From NCBI GenBank assembly GCA_029974835.1, contig JARKQN010000039.1, forward strand, positions 15,127 through 79,126: DNA of 64,000 bases, given 5' to 3'. The notes under the pieces are model-generated. The model did not search any database and was not told the origin of the DNA. It was given only the letters and a program-made list of their open reading frames with translations. Shown here piece by piece: positions 45,105 through 56,690 of this stretch. Position 1 is the first letter of the stretch, and each line of letters begins with the position of its first letter. Source of the DNA: Bacteroidales bacterium. Its GTDB lineage: Bacteria > Bacteroidota > Bacteroidia > Bacteroidales > VadinHA17. The position numbers and the translations under genes are program-made.

Positions 45105-46742
45105 TCAGAAGCTGTAATCCACTCCTATGCCGAAAAGGACAGTATTCTTCAGATAAGTCTCTTTTGCTTTGTACAAAACACCTGTAGCCGAGAATACATG
45201 GTCAATTTCCTTTTCATCCTTATTGTACTGGGTATAGCTTGCACCTGCATTGATTGTGAGATTGTCCATAATCCTGTAAGCACCGCCGGCTCCGAATGTA
45301 TGTGAAGCCAGGCCGAATGTAAGGTCGCTCTGGTACTTGCTGTTTACACCCTTGTTAGAAAGCATATAGCCTCCGCTGACAAGCAGTTTCTCGGAGAGGT
45401 TTAACTCCAGTCCGCAGTTTGCAGACCATCCGTTAAAATCGATGATATCCTTGTTTTTTACGAATGTTGATGGCGTGGCTGAACTGTTATCGAGGTCAAG
45501 TTTGCGGCCGTAGTCGGCAGCCTTGTCGAAGAAATAATTTCCGCCGACAGACACCTTAAAGGCATCGGAAAGCCTGTAATCGACTCCAACGCTCAGCATG
45601 GCAGGCATATCGGCAGGAGTTTCTTCACCATCAGGGAACATTGTAATCGGTGTGGCGGTGGCTGTGTAACCTACGAGAAAGTCTTTCGTTGTCTTGTTTG
45701 TAAGCTGCATGGATGTCTTCATCTCGTACTTAACGGCAATGTTGAGATTCTCAGACGGCGATATATTCACGCTGAAGAAAGGAGATATTCCAGATCCTGT
45801 CTGTTCCACGTCAGCTTCCTGGTCGCCAAGAAGTGTTGCGGTAAGGTTGTATTTGGCCTGTGCACCGTAATATGCGGTCTGGCACTGCGAAATTGTCAGA
45901 GAAGAAGCATTTGAAACACCGAGTGAAACCAGTCCGTTAACAATAGCATCACGCTGTGCAGTAGTAATTATTCCGGCTGTTGCAGCCGCGGCCGGAGTAA
46001 GATTACCGGCACCTCCGGAGATAAGAGGAGCCAGTCCGTCGCCACCCGCTTTGGCGGCGTTGGCAATACCGGTCATTATTGCATCGGCACGCACCCAGTT
46101 GGTTCCCTGAAGGAGTTCAATGTCCTGAAGGTGACCGTTGTAGGTATTTTTTGCCATTACATAACGGAGTCCGGCAGCAACCGACAACCATTCATTAACC
46201 TTGAATGAAACACCGCCCTGCAGTCCGAAATAGACAGAACTTCCTTTCAGGTACGCGTCAAGCCTGTAGTCGGAAACACCCTGTGAAGCGGCAAGGGCAG
46301 GTACAAGGTCGGCTGGTCCCATTTCAAATGAAGGAAGCCCCTTTGTATATTCAGCTCCTCCACCTCCGCCGATGGGATTAAAACCGATCGAAAATGCAAG
46401 CCTTTCGGTTTTATATGCTGCATAGATTGCCGGGAACAACGGAGCTTTAACTTTTCCGGTGAACAGAGGATCATTTAAGCCGAAAGCGCCCCCGGGGCCT
46501 TTGTAGAAGTTTTCCACCTCCCTTGTCTGGAAAATTGTCTGGTTTGAGAGGGAGATATGAAAACCGTTCTGCAGCTTCATAAGACCTGCAGGGTTATAAT
46601 ACACCGCATCAATATCGGTTGATGCATTACGTGCAGGTAACCTCACCCATGCAGCGCTGTGATTGGTGTTGGTCACCAGTCCACCGGCCATAAGAACGCC
46701 TGGTACGATTATTCCTGCAATAAACGTCAGAACTTTTTTCAT
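45105..46742 (-). CDS. Outer-membrane transport protein, OmpP1/FadL/TodX-like
   Basis: It has a signal peptide. The N-terminal hatch-like motif is NHSAAWVRLPARNASTDIDAVYYNPAGL. The body is Gly/aromatic-rich and beta-stranded, with C-terminal ...GIGVDYSF. Confidence 0.6.
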   Translation of the reverse strand: MKKVLTFIAGIIVPGVLMAGGLVTNTNHSAAWVRLPARNASTDIDAVYYNPAGLMKLQNGFHISLSNQTIFQTREVENFYKGPGGAFGLNDPLFTGKVKAPLFPAIYAAYKTERLAFSIGFNPIGGGGGAEYTKGLPSFEMGPADLVPALAASQGVSDYRLDAYLKGSSVYFGLQGGVSFKVNEWLSVAAGLRYVMAKNTYNGHLQDIELLQGTNWVRADAIMTGIANAAKAGGDGLAPLISGGAGNLTPAAAATAGIITTAQRDAIVNGLVSLGVSNASSLTISQCQTAYYGAQAKYNLTATLLGDQEADVEQTGSGISPFFSVNISPSENLNIAVKYEMKTSMQLTNKTTKDFLVGYTATATPITMFPDGEETPADMPAMLSVGVDYRLSDAFKVSVGGNYFFDKAADYGRKLDLDNSSATPSTFVKNKDIIDFNGWSANCGLELNLSEKLLVSGGYMLSNKGVNSKYQSDLTFGLASHTFGAGGAYRIMDNLTINAGASYTQYNKDEKEIDHVFSATGVLYKAKETYLKNTVLFGIGVDYSF

Positions 46743-46911
46743 AGATTAAATTTTTTGGTTAATAGTCAAATTTTCAATGTTTCAGGATGTCATATTTTGT
46801 TTTACCTTCCGTAAAGGTGCTGTAAATGTAGAAAAACATTTTATTTCTGCAACAGTCGAACCTTAAAATATTACTCAGCAAATAATTATGGTTATAATTA
46901 AAATTTTGATT

Positions 46912-49900
46912 CTAAAACGTGTTCGTCAGAACAAAATCTTTCATTAATCCGTAATCGTAAAACTTATAATCTTTTCCCGAAGGATATTCCTTTACATTTC
47001 TCCAGCTCCATGGAGAGGAAATACCCTCAGGGGGGGTGTTATGATGCGGACCGAGCAGATTTCTCAGGCTCCCTGTTACTTTCAGTTCCACGGTGTTTTT
47101 CCCCGGGGAGACAAACCGGGTTATATTTAACCGGTACGGAGGGAAAGCAGTTACTCCTGCCTTTTTGCTGTTTACAAACACTTCCGCCAGGGTCCCGCTC
47201 CATCCGGGAGCCTGAATGAAGTATTCTCCTGAAGGGGTATCAATATCGTACTCTTTTGAGTATGTTACGCTCCACGAATAAAAAGGCATGCCCTGATCTT
47301 TCCACGATCCGGTTGTGATTTCTTTTTCGGGTGGGGTCAGAAGCCATCCTTTTTCGTGCGGTTCAAGGGAAAAATCACCCCTGATGTACACCGGTTCAAT
47401 TTCGGCATGCACACTCATCGGCGAAGCGGTAATTGTTATCTCATTTAAGCCCTCCCTTACCATGCCGCTTATGTCAAACACACCGAATGACCTGTCGAGC
47501 CACCACATGCCAGGAACAGGAGCGATTTCCTTGCCGTTCATCCTGACTTTCCATAACCCCGGCCTTTCTGTAACGGCTGTAAAATCTGAAATCCTGCCCG
47601 GGTTCCTGCAATAGAATTTATAAGTCGCACTGAAACCGGTTTTAATGCCAAAAGTATCTTTCTCAACTGTTTTTCTCCTGTACTGTACAGAATGGTTCCA
47701 GGGGTTTCCCGTTTTGAAGCCATAGTGTTTGAAAACCTTATCTGCCGCATCGTAAACGTGCAGGTTGTCATATTTAATGCCCTCAATCTCAAGGTCGCAG
47801 AAGTCGATCATCAGCGCATTCGGCTCGTCTCTTTTAACCGATACTTCCCCTGTCGGCTGCACCAGGGAAGCCGGCGCTGATTTATCGGAATCATAAGTGT
47901 AATTCAGCGTTTCCTTTTCCGGAAAGAAGAGAAGAAGGCTTTCAGCGGGATAAAGGATAAAACCTGCTTTAATTTCTTCGCCGTTCCTCTCATGGGGAAA
48001 TCCTTTGATCTCTCCGTCAAAACTATTCAGAGTTACGACTGCCCTGCCCGGTACGGTCAGCTCTCCCTTACAGGTGTCGGTCAGGCTGGCATTTGTCAGA
48101 AAAACCAGGATGCCGTCCTTCAGAACCCTGGTATGATGAAAAAGCCCGCCTCCCACGGTTATATTGAATTTTACATCCCTGTTGGAAAGCCATTTGCCTG
48201 TGATTTCATCGGAAAGAGTATCGGCTGAAATGTTGTTGCCGGAATTGCTGCTGAGGAACTCATTCAGTTCGGGGCTTTCGGAACCGTTAATAAACACGGG
48301 TTTGGAAAACATTATAATCTTTCCTCCCCGGACGGCGAATTTTCTGAGAAGTTTAAAGGTTGTTTCATTAAGGTTTTCAGTGCATGGAGGTATTACAACG
48401 GTTTTATATGAGCATTTTCCCACCACAAATCTCCCATCTTTAACGGAACCCATATCGCTTATTATTTTTTCTGAACCGAGATCATATTCCACCTGCTGTT
48501 TTTCAAGGTTGGTAATAAAAGTCTGGAAACTTTGCCCGACCTTGTTAAGGTATGGGTTTGCCCTGTTGTATGAATCGTACATCCATGCTGTTGTGGTTGG
48601 CTCGATTACCAGTATCTCATTTTTCTGGTTGCCTGCTGACAGAGCCAGGGACAGGCGGGAATAGTGATCTGCAAGGAGCTTATAATTGTTCCACCATGGC
48701 TGGTGATAGTCGAAAGTTGGCGGATAATCATATTTCCTGGCGCCGGCCATTGTGTAGAAGGTAAGGTGCTGGTTCATAAGGTTCACGCCAAGCGCATATT
48801 CCCAGTCGCCGTTACGTTTCATTTCAGTGAATGTGAGATCCCATCCCGAGCCGCCGTATGTTTCACTAAGTTTTCTGTTGCGGCCTGCCTGGTTGGCGGC
48901 GCTTGACAGTTCTTTCACAGAACGGATATTCCCGAACTGGGCGCCCGGAGATGATTCGTTCCACTGGTTGAAGAGCATGTCTATGCCGGGCACGTGAAAA
49001 TGGACATACATAGCCATATTGTCCCCGCCGTTTCTCATGCCGGGCCACTCGTGTTCCCAATAGTGCCCGGTGAATTTCAACCCTTTATTTTCGCAGTACC
49101 TGCTGTAAGGTTTTGCCCACCGTTCATTAAACAATTCCAGCAGGGTGTATGCATAGTTATGCCTCACTTTCTTCCAGTCACCCGTTTCTTCAAACAGTGA
49201 AGGGAGGTTTTTTTTCAGATCATAGTTCCACATCTTTTGAAAGACATCGAACAGATCGGGTGTGTACCTGATGCCCCCGGGTGTATTAATGTGAGGCTCA
49301 TCGGTAAATATACCCGAAACTGTTTTGCCGAATTCTTCCCCGGCAGATTCTTCATAGCCCTTCATTGTCACTTCAAGGAATTTCCCTGTTACACCCGGGT
49401 AAAGGAGGTCGACATAGGAAAAACCACCGTACCATTCAGATTTTCCATAACAGGTTTTGCTGAAGAGACAATAATTGCCTGACTTACCGGCCTCAGCTTT
49501 CAGATTGCCCGTAATGTCGGCGAAGCTCCCGTTTTCTTCTTTTAATACCAGGAAAAATTTATCGGCAGTGTCGGGCAGTGATTTGGTCCGCATCATCTTC
49601 AGACCCTGGCCCTGGTTAAACGATTCAGGCATCACGGAAGGAACATGGCCTCCTGCAAAACCGCTGGGGTATGAGTTTTCATCATATATCCAGACCTTCA
49701 TCCCCATATCCCTGCAGCGTTCAACGGTGTATCTGAATTGTTCAAACCATTCTTCGGAAAGGTATTCGGTAATAAGGCCGGGCCGCGGGTGGATGATGAC
49801 CTGCCTGATACCCTGGTTGTGAAATTCTTCCAGGAATTTATCTGTCTCGCTGCGTGTAATTTCACCGTTCCACACGAAGAATGGGGCAGTGGAGTATCCG

Positions 49901-50064
49901 GCAGGCGGATTGCTGAACATTGAGGACAATGTGCCGAAATCTGAGACTGAAATTTCATCCCCATGGTTGCCGGAACATGAGTAATTGGCGGCAAGCACGG
50001 TTATTAAAAACAGGTTCGGGAAAGCATGAAGTATATTTTTCATCTGGCAATTATTTTTTTTCAA
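46912..50064 (-). CDS. Large glycoside-hydrolase-like lipoprotein (TIM-barrel plus jelly-roll; possibly GH106-type alpha-L-rhamnosidase)
   Basis: 1050 aa with lipoprotein signal [11 protein letters not shown]. The N-terminal pattern is PFFVWNG...HPRPGL...[20 protein letters not shown]. The family assignment comes from memory of similar Bacteroidota proteins only. An alternative ATG at 50043 removes the 14-nt overlap with the sulfatase gene. Confidence 0.45.
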   Translation of the reverse strand: MKKNNCQMKNILHAFPNLFLITVLAANYSCSGNHGDEISVSDFGTLSSMFSNPPAGYSTAPFFVWNGEITRSETDKFLEEFHNQGIRQVIIHPRPGLITEYLSEEWFEQFRYTVERCRDMGMKVWIYDENSYPSGFAGGHVPSVMPESFNQGQGLKMMRTKSLPDTADKFFLVLKEENGSFADITGNLKAEAGKSGNYCLFSKTCYGKSEWYGGFSYVDLLYPGVTGKFLEVTMKGYEESAGEEFGKTVSGIFTDEPHINTPGGIRYTPDLFDVFQKMWNYDLKKNLPSLFEETGDWKKVRHNYAYTLLELFNERWAKPYSRYCENKGLKFTGHYWEHEWPGMRNGGDNMAMYVHFHVPGIDMLFNQWNESSPGAQFGNIRSVKELSSAANQAGRNRKLSETYGGSGWDLTFTEMKRNGDWEYALGVNLMNQHLTFYTMAGARKYDYPPTFDYHQPWWNNYKLLADHYSRLSLALSAGNQKNEILVIEPTTTAWMYDSYNRANPYLNKVGQSFQTFITNLEKQQVEYDLGSEKIISDMGSVKDGRFVVGKCSYKTVVIPPCTENLNETTFKLLRKFAVRGGKIIMFSKPVFINGSESPELNEFLSSNSGNNISADTLSDEITGKWLSNRDVKFNITVGGGLFHHTRVLKDGILVFLTNASLTDTCKGELTVPGRAVVTLNSFDGEIKGFPHERNGEEIKAGFILYPAESLLLFFPEKETLNYTYDSDKSAPASLVQPTGEVSVKRDEPNALMIDFCDLEIEGIKYDNLHVYDAADKVFKHYGFKTGNPWNHSVQYRRKTVEKDTFGIKTGFSATYKFYCRNPGRISDFTAVTERPGLWKVRMNGKEIAPVPGMWWLDRSFGVFDISGMVREGLNEITITASPMSVHAEIEPVYIRGDFSLEPHEKGWLLTPPEKEITTGSWKDQGMPFYSWSVTYSKEYDIDTPSGEYFIQAPGWSGTLAEVFVNSKKAGVTAFPPYRLNITRFVSPGKNTVELKVTGSLRNLLGPHHNTPPEGISSPWSWRNVKEYPSGKDYKFYDYGLMKDFVLTNTF

Positions 50065-51637
50065 AGTCTGTTGAATCGACCCATCCGGCCGACCTGTTGT
50101 TAAGTTCGCCTTTCATGAAACGGTTGTAAAAGTCGCGATGGTTTCCGTTTGCATAGGGGTATTTATCAAAAATATCCCCGTTGCCTCCGGCACGCGGATC
50201 GCCCTGTTCAAGGAGGAGTTTGAAAAGCCTCTGTCTCAGATCCTGCCATACCGATGCATAACCGGGGTTATTGACAAGGTTAACGAGACATTCAGGGTCA
50301 TTTCCGATATCATATAATTCCTCATTACCTCTCATGCCGAAGGAGAGGTTCCAGAATTTTGAGGTTGTGCCCGATCTTCTGAGAGACAGGATCAGTGATT
50401 TGACCGGACTTCCGTCGCAATCGAGATAACCTGTTTCGGGGTTGCCCGACGGCCACCTCCCCGGTTTGTAGTTCCTCAGGTACAGGAAACTGTTGCTGAT
50501 TATTCCCCTTACCGGGTATCCCTCGTCATCAGGTCTTCCCACATCATTTCTTTCCCTTCCGAGGAGAACATAATTGCGGGTTTTGTCAACAATTTTGTTT
50601 TTCGATGACCTGAAGATATCGGCAAAGCTTCTTCCTTCCATCTTCTGCATGCCGCTTTCAGCCTGGCTTATGCCGGCAGTTTCAAGAAGTGTCGGGGCGA
50701 AATCGATAAAGCTGATAAAGTCGTAAATACGCCGGCCTGGTTTTCTGATGCCATTTCTCCACATAACAGCCAGGGGCATATGATTTGAATATTCATAAAC
50801 CTGGCCCTTGGCACGGGGGAACGGCATTCCGTTGTCGGCCGTAACAATTATTATCGTATTGTCAAGCTCCCCTTTCTGTCGCAGAAGATCAATCATTTTC
50901 ACCAGGTGGTTGTCGAAATGTTCAATTTCGTAAGCGTAATCGAGCATGTCGTTTCTTGAAAGGTTGTTATCGGGCCAGAAGCCGGGCACATGATTTATGT
51001 CGGACAGGCTTTTGCCTCCTTTGTTTACACCTGAACCATATTCGTAATCCCTGTGAGGTTCGTTCGAGCCGTACCAGAAGCAGAAAGGAGACCCTTCAGG
51101 TTTTTTACTTAGGAAATCTTCAAAATTTGCGGCATAGTCAATATCTGAAATGCCGCCTGCAGGCGGATTGAGTCTTTTTGAATTGAATGCTTTACCTGTC
51201 AGATACCGCGGTTTTCCGGTGCTGTCGACAGCTGTTCCCGGCGCCCATCCTTTGGCAGTATAACCTGTGAAATAGCCATTCTCCCCAAGGGTCTCAATAA
51301 AAGATTTGAATTTCTGAGGGAAGTAGGGAACATGGTTTGCGGCCTCCTCAAGCTGCCACGAATTTCTTCCCGTCAGGAAACATGCCCTTGAAGGCGAAGA
51401 TTTGGCGTTTGGGGTGTAGGCATTGTAAAAGAGGATGCCGTTCCGGGCCACCATGTCGAAACCCGGGGTTTTCACCCAGCCCGTTCCATAGGCGCTCATG
51501 TGAGGGAATGAAATGTCGTCGCCCATGGCAATAAGGATATTCGGCCTTTTGCCCGCCCCGTTTCCGTTGTCGCTTTTGCATGCAGGGATCATACATGGTA
51601 CGGCAATCAGCAGCAGTCCTTTATATACTGTTTTCAT
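50051..51637 (-). CDS. S1-family sulfatase lipoprotein, Ser-type (SxPxR) active site
   Basis: Lipoprotein signal [13 protein letters not shown]. Metal site [11 protein letters not shown], sulfatase signature [12 protein letters not shown], and later TADNGMP. Confidence 0.9.
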   Translation of the reverse strand: MKTVYKGLLLIAVPCMIPACKSDNGNGAGKRPNILIAMGDDISFPHMSAYGTGWVKTPGFDMVARNGILFYNAYTPNAKSSPSRACFLTGRNSWQLEEAANHVPYFPQKFKSFIETLGENGYFTGYTAKGWAPGTAVDSTGKPRYLTGKAFNSKRLNPPAGGISDIDYAANFEDFLSKKPEGSPFCFWYGSNEPHRDYEYGSGVNKGGKSLSDINHVPGFWPDNNLSRNDMLDYAYEIEHFDNHLVKMIDLLRQKGELDNTIIIVTADNGMPFPRAKGQVYEYSNHMPLAVMWRNGIRKPGRRIYDFISFIDFAPTLLETAGISQAESGMQKMEGRSFADIFRSSKNKIVDKTRNYVLLGRERNDVGRPDDEGYPVRGIISNSFLYLRNYKPGRWPSGNPETGYLDCDGSPVKSLILSLRRSGTTSKFWNLSFGMRGNEELYDIGNDPECLVNLVNNPGYASVWQDLRQRLFKLLLEQGDPRAGGNGDIFDKYPYANGNHRDFYNRFMKGELNNRSAGWVDSTDFEKK

Positions 51638-51646
51638 GAAGTAATT

Positions 51647-53875
51647 TTAAAATTTGCCTGAAAGACGTAAGCTGATATTCCTCGGGGGCTGTATATCGGC
51701 CGGTCGTCCCATATACTCTGTGTTTGTGGCGTTTTTCATCGCTAAAGAAAGCTTCAGATGAGGGTTTAAATTGTAACCCAAACTGAGGTCGGCCGAAACA
51801 TAACCCTTGTTGTGAGAGAGCCAGTAATCATAAAAGCCCGGTAAAAGCTGTTCACGGGTCAGCGGATTTACAAAAACATCGTCGATATTAAGGATTTTTG
51901 ATCTTGCGAAAAAGGTGAATTCACCATCAAACTTTTTCCACGTAGCGCTGAGATTAAGCCTGAAGGAGTGCTTACGCCTGTATTTCAGATATGACTTTTC
52001 TCCGCCTGACATTGAGGGCTCAACCGGGTAAATGAAAGTATAACCGCCTGTCAGCGATGCGTAGAGGTTGCCGGTCTGACGGTTAAGGTTTATTTCCAGC
52101 TCTGTTCCTGAAATTGATGATTTTTCAAGGTTATCGGCCATGAATCCGAGACCTCCGGGATAGAGGCCGAAGAGGTACTCAATAAAATTGCTGTTTTTTG
52201 ACACGAAAACAGAGAAGTCGGCCTGGCCGGTGATTTTTCCAAGCCTGATGCCCTGCTTTATTCCGGCTTCCGAGCTCCATCCGGCTTCAGACTCCAGTGT
52301 GGGATTAGGGAAAATGGTTACCGAACCAAGTGTTGTGGATGCATATTTTTCGGCTATTGACGGGAAGCGGTAGCCCTGCCCGAACGATGCCCTGAGGAAT
52401 GTGAATTCAGCCGCCTGCCAGTTCACCCCTGTTCTGAAAACAGGAACCGGTTTGTCCGGGTCCGAATCAAGTACATTCTGCTCCAGTCTCACCCCGCCTG
52501 CCAGCTTCAGCCTTTCGGCAGGTCTTATTTCAACCTGCGCAAAGGCGCCTGCATTTATGCCGTTATGATCGCCGTAAAAGTTTGAAGTTATCCTGTTCCA
52601 GAGGAAAGATGCACCGGCCGTCACAGAAAATACATCGGAAAACTTTCTCCAGTACTGGTATTCTGAGTATAATGAGAATGACTCGGCATTGTTCTTTGTT
52701 TTCACCGGGAACCTGTTTTCGGACGACTGCACCCTCATCCTCAGATCGTGGCGGAATAAGCCTGTTTTTGAATAGGAAACGAACGGGTCGGCAGCCAGGA
52801 ACCTGCCATGGAGGAAAGAAACACTCGAGGTATCCTGTATCAGGGCTGAATCGCGGGCATTGCCCCACAACAGGAAATCTGTTTTATCGGTGAGCCCTGC
52901 CGTGAGATTTATGCCATAATTCAGTCCCTGAACTTTCGGACTGTTCCTTTTAAGCCTGAGGCTAACCTTTCCGAGTTTCTCATCGTTGAATTTCCTGTAG
53001 CTGTTATCTGTGAAAAGATTAACAATAAATCCTATGTCGGTGTTTCCCTCCCTCCGCAGATGTGACAGCGAGACTGTTGAGAACACTCTTGGTGTTGTCC
53101 ACCACTTCCAGTTGCGGTTTGCCGGGGCACAGTAAACGCCTGTTTCGGCAAAGAATTTAGTTACAGGGATATTTCCCGCTTCGGCGGTTCTGAAGTTAAT
53201 TATTCCGTTAAGGGCCGAAGACCCGTACATCACCGAAGAAGCCCCCTTAATTATTTCAACCTGAGAAAGGTTCTCAATGGGAAGCCATTGCCATCTTATG
53301 GAACCGGCATCGGGGGAGAGCATGGGGAGGCCGTCCACCAGTGCCAGAACCCTGCTGCCTACACCGTAGCTGAAGCCGCTGCCGCCTCTTATTGAGGCCT
53401 GACCGTCGAGGACTTCAATACCGGCTGTTTTTGTTATGAGCTCAGCTGCATCGGTAATATGACTTCTTGACAGGAAGTCGGATTTGATCACCGAAACAGA
53501 TACCGTCAGCTCAGATACTTTATGCTCCGTTCTGTCGGCGCTTACCACAACCTGGTTAATTGAATGAAGCTCGGTTTCAAGAAGGATGTCGGGGAGGGTA
53601 TTTTCTCCGGGAGCCAGAGTAAATTCCCTGACAATGGTTTTGAAACCGATGAACTGGAAGGAAACGGTAACCCTGGAATTGCCTGAGCGGAAAGCGTAAA
53701 CCCCCTGTGCGTCTGTAGAGGTTCCCGCATCCTTCCCGAAAATCACGTAAACACCGGCAATCGGTTCGCCTGTTTCCCCGTCGAGTACCCTTCCTTTTGC
53801 ATTATACTGGCCGGATAATTCAGGAGAAAGAAGGTGCAGGCAGACTGAGATAAAAAGCGCGACGCCGCTTCTCAT
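51647..53875 (-). CDS. TonB-dependent receptor with N-terminal CarboxypepD_reg-like domain
   Basis: N-terminal motif GRVLDGETGEPIAGVYV. Plug motifs are IEVLDGQASIRGGSG and LVDGLPM. It is a 22-strand-size barrel ending in ...ISLRLSGKF. At 742 aa it is not SusC-sized, and no SusD follows. Confidence 0.85.
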   Translation of the reverse strand: MRSGVALFISVCLHLLSPELSGQYNAKGRVLDGETGEPIAGVYVIFGKDAGTSTDAQGVYAFRSGNSRVTVSFQFIGFKTIVREFTLAPGENTLPDILLETELHSINQVVVSADRTEHKVSELTVSVSVIKSDFLSRSHITDAAELITKTAGIEVLDGQASIRGGSGFSYGVGSRVLALVDGLPMLSPDAGSIRWQWLPIENLSQVEIIKGASSVMYGSSALNGIINFRTAEAGNIPVTKFFAETGVYCAPANRNWKWWTTPRVFSTVSLSHLRREGNTDIGFIVNLFTDNSYRKFNDEKLGKVSLRLKRNSPKVQGLNYGINLTAGLTDKTDFLLWGNARDSALIQDTSSVSFLHGRFLAADPFVSYSKTGLFRHDLRMRVQSSENRFPVKTKNNAESFSLYSEYQYWRKFSDVFSVTAGASFLWNRITSNFYGDHNGINAGAFAQVEIRPAERLKLAGGVRLEQNVLDSDPDKPVPVFRTGVNWQAAEFTFLRASFGQGYRFPSIAEKYASTTLGSVTIFPNPTLESEAGWSSEAGIKQGIRLGKITGQADFSVFVSKNSNFIEYLFGLYPGGLGFMADNLEKSSISGTELEINLNRQTGNLYASLTGGYTFIYPVEPSMSGGEKSYLKYRRKHSFRLNLSATWKKFDGEFTFFARSKILNIDDVFVNPLTREQLLPGFYDYWLSHNKGYVSADLSLGYNLNPHLKLSLAMKNATNTEYMGRPADIQPPRNISLRLSGKF

Positions 53876-54288
53876 TGTTTTGGTTTGAAAGTCATCCTGA
53901 TGTTATACGGACTGGAAGGATTCAGAAGGTTAGGGTAAATGGTAGTAATCTTAAAATCGGATTCCGTCAGAAGTACGATCGTAGCCGTAAGAGGCAACTG
54001 GAGGGAGTCGGATTCAATTACAATGTTTGCTTCGCCGTACGAGAACCTCCATGTGCCTGTGTAAACGCCGAAGTAGCCTGAACCATCCTTCGCGAACTTC
54101 GCATCACCTTTGAATTTCTCGAGCATGCCCCCGGTTCCTCCGGCATCCTGGCCATTGACAAGCAGGCTGTCGCTTCTCCAGAGGTGCGCCGTAAGCAGCC
54201 TGAAGCGCTCTGATTCTTCGTCCTTGCTGCAGGAGAATAATATAACTGCAGCCAGTACAGTCAGTACCGAAATCAATGTATTTTTCAT
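53872..54288 (-). CDS. Small lipocalin-like lipoprotein, translationally coupled to the TonB-dependent receptor
   Basis: Lipoprotein signal LAAVILFSC. It is a 138-aa beta-rich protein. Its stop overlaps the receptor start (ATGA, 53872-53875). Confidence 0.45.
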   Translation of the reverse strand: MKNTLISVLTVLAAVILFSCSKDEESERFRLLTAHLWRSDSLLVNGQDAGGTGGMLEKFKGDAKFAKDGSGYFGVYTGTWRFSYGEANIVIESDSLQLPLTATIVLLTESDFKITTIYPNLLNPSSPYNIRMTFKPKQ

Positions 54289-54369
54289 ATCACCAGGTTT
54301 TTAAATTATCCTTTCCCCCGGAGGTGATTTTCCGGTAAATCCAAATATAAAAAATTTCCTTTTATAAAG

Positions 54370-56667
54370 CTATTTAAGTGTTTCGCGGAAAAGTTTATAG
54401 ATTCTTTTATACTCGTCTGTCCAGCTTGATGCCTCCCTGAAGCCATGACTTTCGAGGGGGTATACTGCCAGTTCCCAGTTCTCTTTACCCAGTTCGATAA
54501 GGCGCTGCGCCAGTCTTACAACATCCTGAAAATGAACATTGTCATCAATCATGCCATGGCAGATAAGCAGTTTCCCCTGAAAGCCTTCAGCAAAATAAAT
54601 CGGGGAGCTTCTGACGTAGGCAATGCTGTCCTGAACAGGTATATTGAGGATATTTGCCGTATATCCATGGTTATAATGGGCCCAGTCGGTCACGGGGCGT
54701 AGAGCGGCCCCTGCGGCGAAGACTCCCGGTTTGGTGAACATTGCCATCAGGGTTATAAATCCTCCGTATGAGCCTCCGTAGATTCCTATTCTGCCGGGAT
54801 CAATGCCATATTTTTCTGTCAGCAGCCGGGCTCCGTCAATATGGTCGTCAAGGTCTCTTCCACCCATGTGCCTGTAAATGGCAGTCCGCCAGTCGCGTCC
54901 GTAACCGGCGCTGCCCCTGTAGTCAATATCAAGTACAGTATAGCCATTGTCGGCAAGGAAGTTGTGGAACATATACTCGCGTGAATAGCTGCTCCACCAC
55001 CTGTGGGCATTCTGGAGGTAACCGGCTCCGTGAACAAAGATTACCGCAGCCCCGTTCTTTTTACCATCCGCCGGTTTATAAAGCCGGGCCGGAACCAATA
55101 CACCATCGGAAGCCCTGATCCGGATGTAATCAGGAATTCTCCAGTCATAAGCCCTGAATTCGGAAGTTGTTGATTCAGTTATTTTTACAGGAACGGCTTT
55201 CTCCTTATTCTCAAGCAGATAAAGTTCCCATGGCTTGTTTGCAAAAGAGACTCTCAGGGCGAAATATTTCTCATCGGGAGATAGGGAATATTCCACGCCT
55301 CCGCCGAAGCTGGTAATCCTTGTTCTCTTTCCGCCGTTGACGGGCATTTTGTACAGTTCTCTGATACCCGCGTCGGGTTCATTCGAGATAAAATACCATG
55401 TTTTTTTGTCGTTCGAAAGCTGGGCATCGTATATTTCGAAACTTCCCGAGGTTATTTGTTTCTTCACTCCGGTTGTCACGTCGAGCAGATAGAGGTGAGC
55501 AAACCCTGTTTCTTCCGACTGGAAATAAATAGTTTTGTTATCAGGCAGCCATCCGAGTAAGCCTCTCCCGGCAGCCGGGCCCCCGATCCATGCAGAATCG
55601 TGCTGAGCATCAAGCAGTTTTAGTGAACCTGTTTTAATGTCGAGCAGGGTTATCCAGCGGTCCTTATTGTCTGAGGCATTTATTTCAACAACAGCCGCTG
55701 ATCCGTCATCCGACCATACCGGGTTACGGAAAGAAACGGCCCGTTTTTCAGTAATTCCCGGAATTTCCCTGGCTTTTGCCTCATATATGGAACCAAGGTC
55801 TTTATTGCAGATATACAATGAAGAACTCTGCGATGTTCCAACTTTTGGCCTGGCCGGTATATCCTCAGTATATCCGGTTTCGGTGACGTAATTCGGAACG
55901 ATTGTTCTCTTGCCATCGGCAGCCTTATAAGAGATCCAGGTTATATATTTTTCATCGGGACTGAGGCTCAACGAGCCAAAAGATGGCTGCCCGGTATACA
56001 CTGTCTTTGGCCTGACCGGTGCGGTTGCCCGGGCTTCATCACGGGCAGCAGTCTGAAGTCTTTTTCTTTCGGCAAGTGTCTGGAACAAAGCCAGCTGACT
56101 GTTATAAAGCCATTTATCGTTATCATTTTTATAAGGGGGTTCTTCCGGAGTCTCTTTTCCTGCCCGGAGGTCGGTAAGCTGCATAAACACTCCGGTTGTC
56201 ATATCCCAGGAAAAGATATTATTATTGGAGATAAAGAGAATCCTGTCTTCCTTTTGGCTGAACCATGGTCCGCTTTCCGGAGTCGATGTGGATGTAATCT
56301 GTTTGGTAACACCCTTTTTTATGTCAAGAAGATAAATATCGCCATTCGCTGAATATACATATAACGACCTGTTCAGGTTATATCTGCCCCCTGATGGAAG
56401 GGATCTCATCTCATCAATGGCAACCTTCACGGGCTTCCTGCTTCCTTCCCTGAGAACATAGAGGACGGTGGAGGAATCCGGGTTTTCAGTCCATCTGAAG
56501 TACAGGTTGTTGCCATAAGGAGACCACCGCGGTGATTCGGGTGAAACACCAGTGAATTTATCTCCCTGCATGATTTTTTCTATGGTAAGAGAGGATTGGG
56601 ACAGAAGGCATACCGGAAAAGAGGACAAAACCAGAATCAGAACGCAGTTGAACAGTGTCTTTTTCAT
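54370..56667 (-). CDS. S9-family serine peptidase (DPP-IV/prolyl oligopeptidase-like, beta-propeller N-domain)
   Basis: It has a signal peptide. Propeller repeats are SLSPDEKYITW and SLSPDEKYFAL. Nucleophile GGSYGGF, Asp context HGMIDDNV, and His context LESHGF. Confidence 0.85.
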   Translation of the reverse strand: MKKTLFNCVLILVLSSFPVCLLSQSSLTIEKIMQGDKFTGVSPESPRWSPYGNNLYFRWTENPDSSTVLYVLREGSRKPVKVAIDEMRSLPSGGRYNLNRSLYVYSANGDIYLLDIKKGVTKQITSTSTPESGPWFSQKEDRILFISNNNIFSWDMTTGVFMQLTDLRAGKETPEEPPYKNDNDKWLYNSQLALFQTLAERKRLQTAARDEARATAPVRPKTVYTGQPSFGSLSLSPDEKYITWISYKAADGKRTIVPNYVTETGYTEDIPARPKVGTSQSSSLYICNKDLGSIYEAKAREIPGITEKRAVSFRNPVWSDDGSAAVVEINASDNKDRWITLLDIKTGSLKLLDAQHDSAWIGGPAAGRGLLGWLPDNKTIYFQSEETGFAHLYLLDVTTGVKKQITSGSFEIYDAQLSNDKKTWYFISNEPDAGIRELYKMPVNGGKRTRITSFGGGVEYSLSPDEKYFALRVSFANKPWELYLLENKEKAVPVKITESTTSEFRAYDWRIPDYIRIRASDGVLVPARLYKPADGKKNGAAVIFVHGAGYLQNAHRWWSSYSREYMFHNFLADNGYTVLDIDYRGSAGYGRDWRTAIYRHMGGRDLDDHIDGARLLTEKYGIDPGRIGIYGGSYGGFITLMAMFTKPGVFAAGAALRPVTDWAHYNHGYTANILNIPVQDSIAYVRSSPIYFAEGFQGKLLICHGMIDDNVHFQDVVRLAQRLIELGKENWELAVYPLESHGFREASSWTDEYKRIYKLFRETLK

Positions 56668-56690
56668 GATGAGGAAACGATTTAGGGTTA

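Noticed and set aside
50043-50064. 14-nt overlap between the sulfatase 3-prime end and the GH-like gene start
   Set aside because: It is probably an artefact of taking the longest ORF. The ATG at 50043 ([12 protein letters not shown]…) gives a normal lipoprotein signal and a 7-nt gap. I kept the track coordinates but flagged the alternative.
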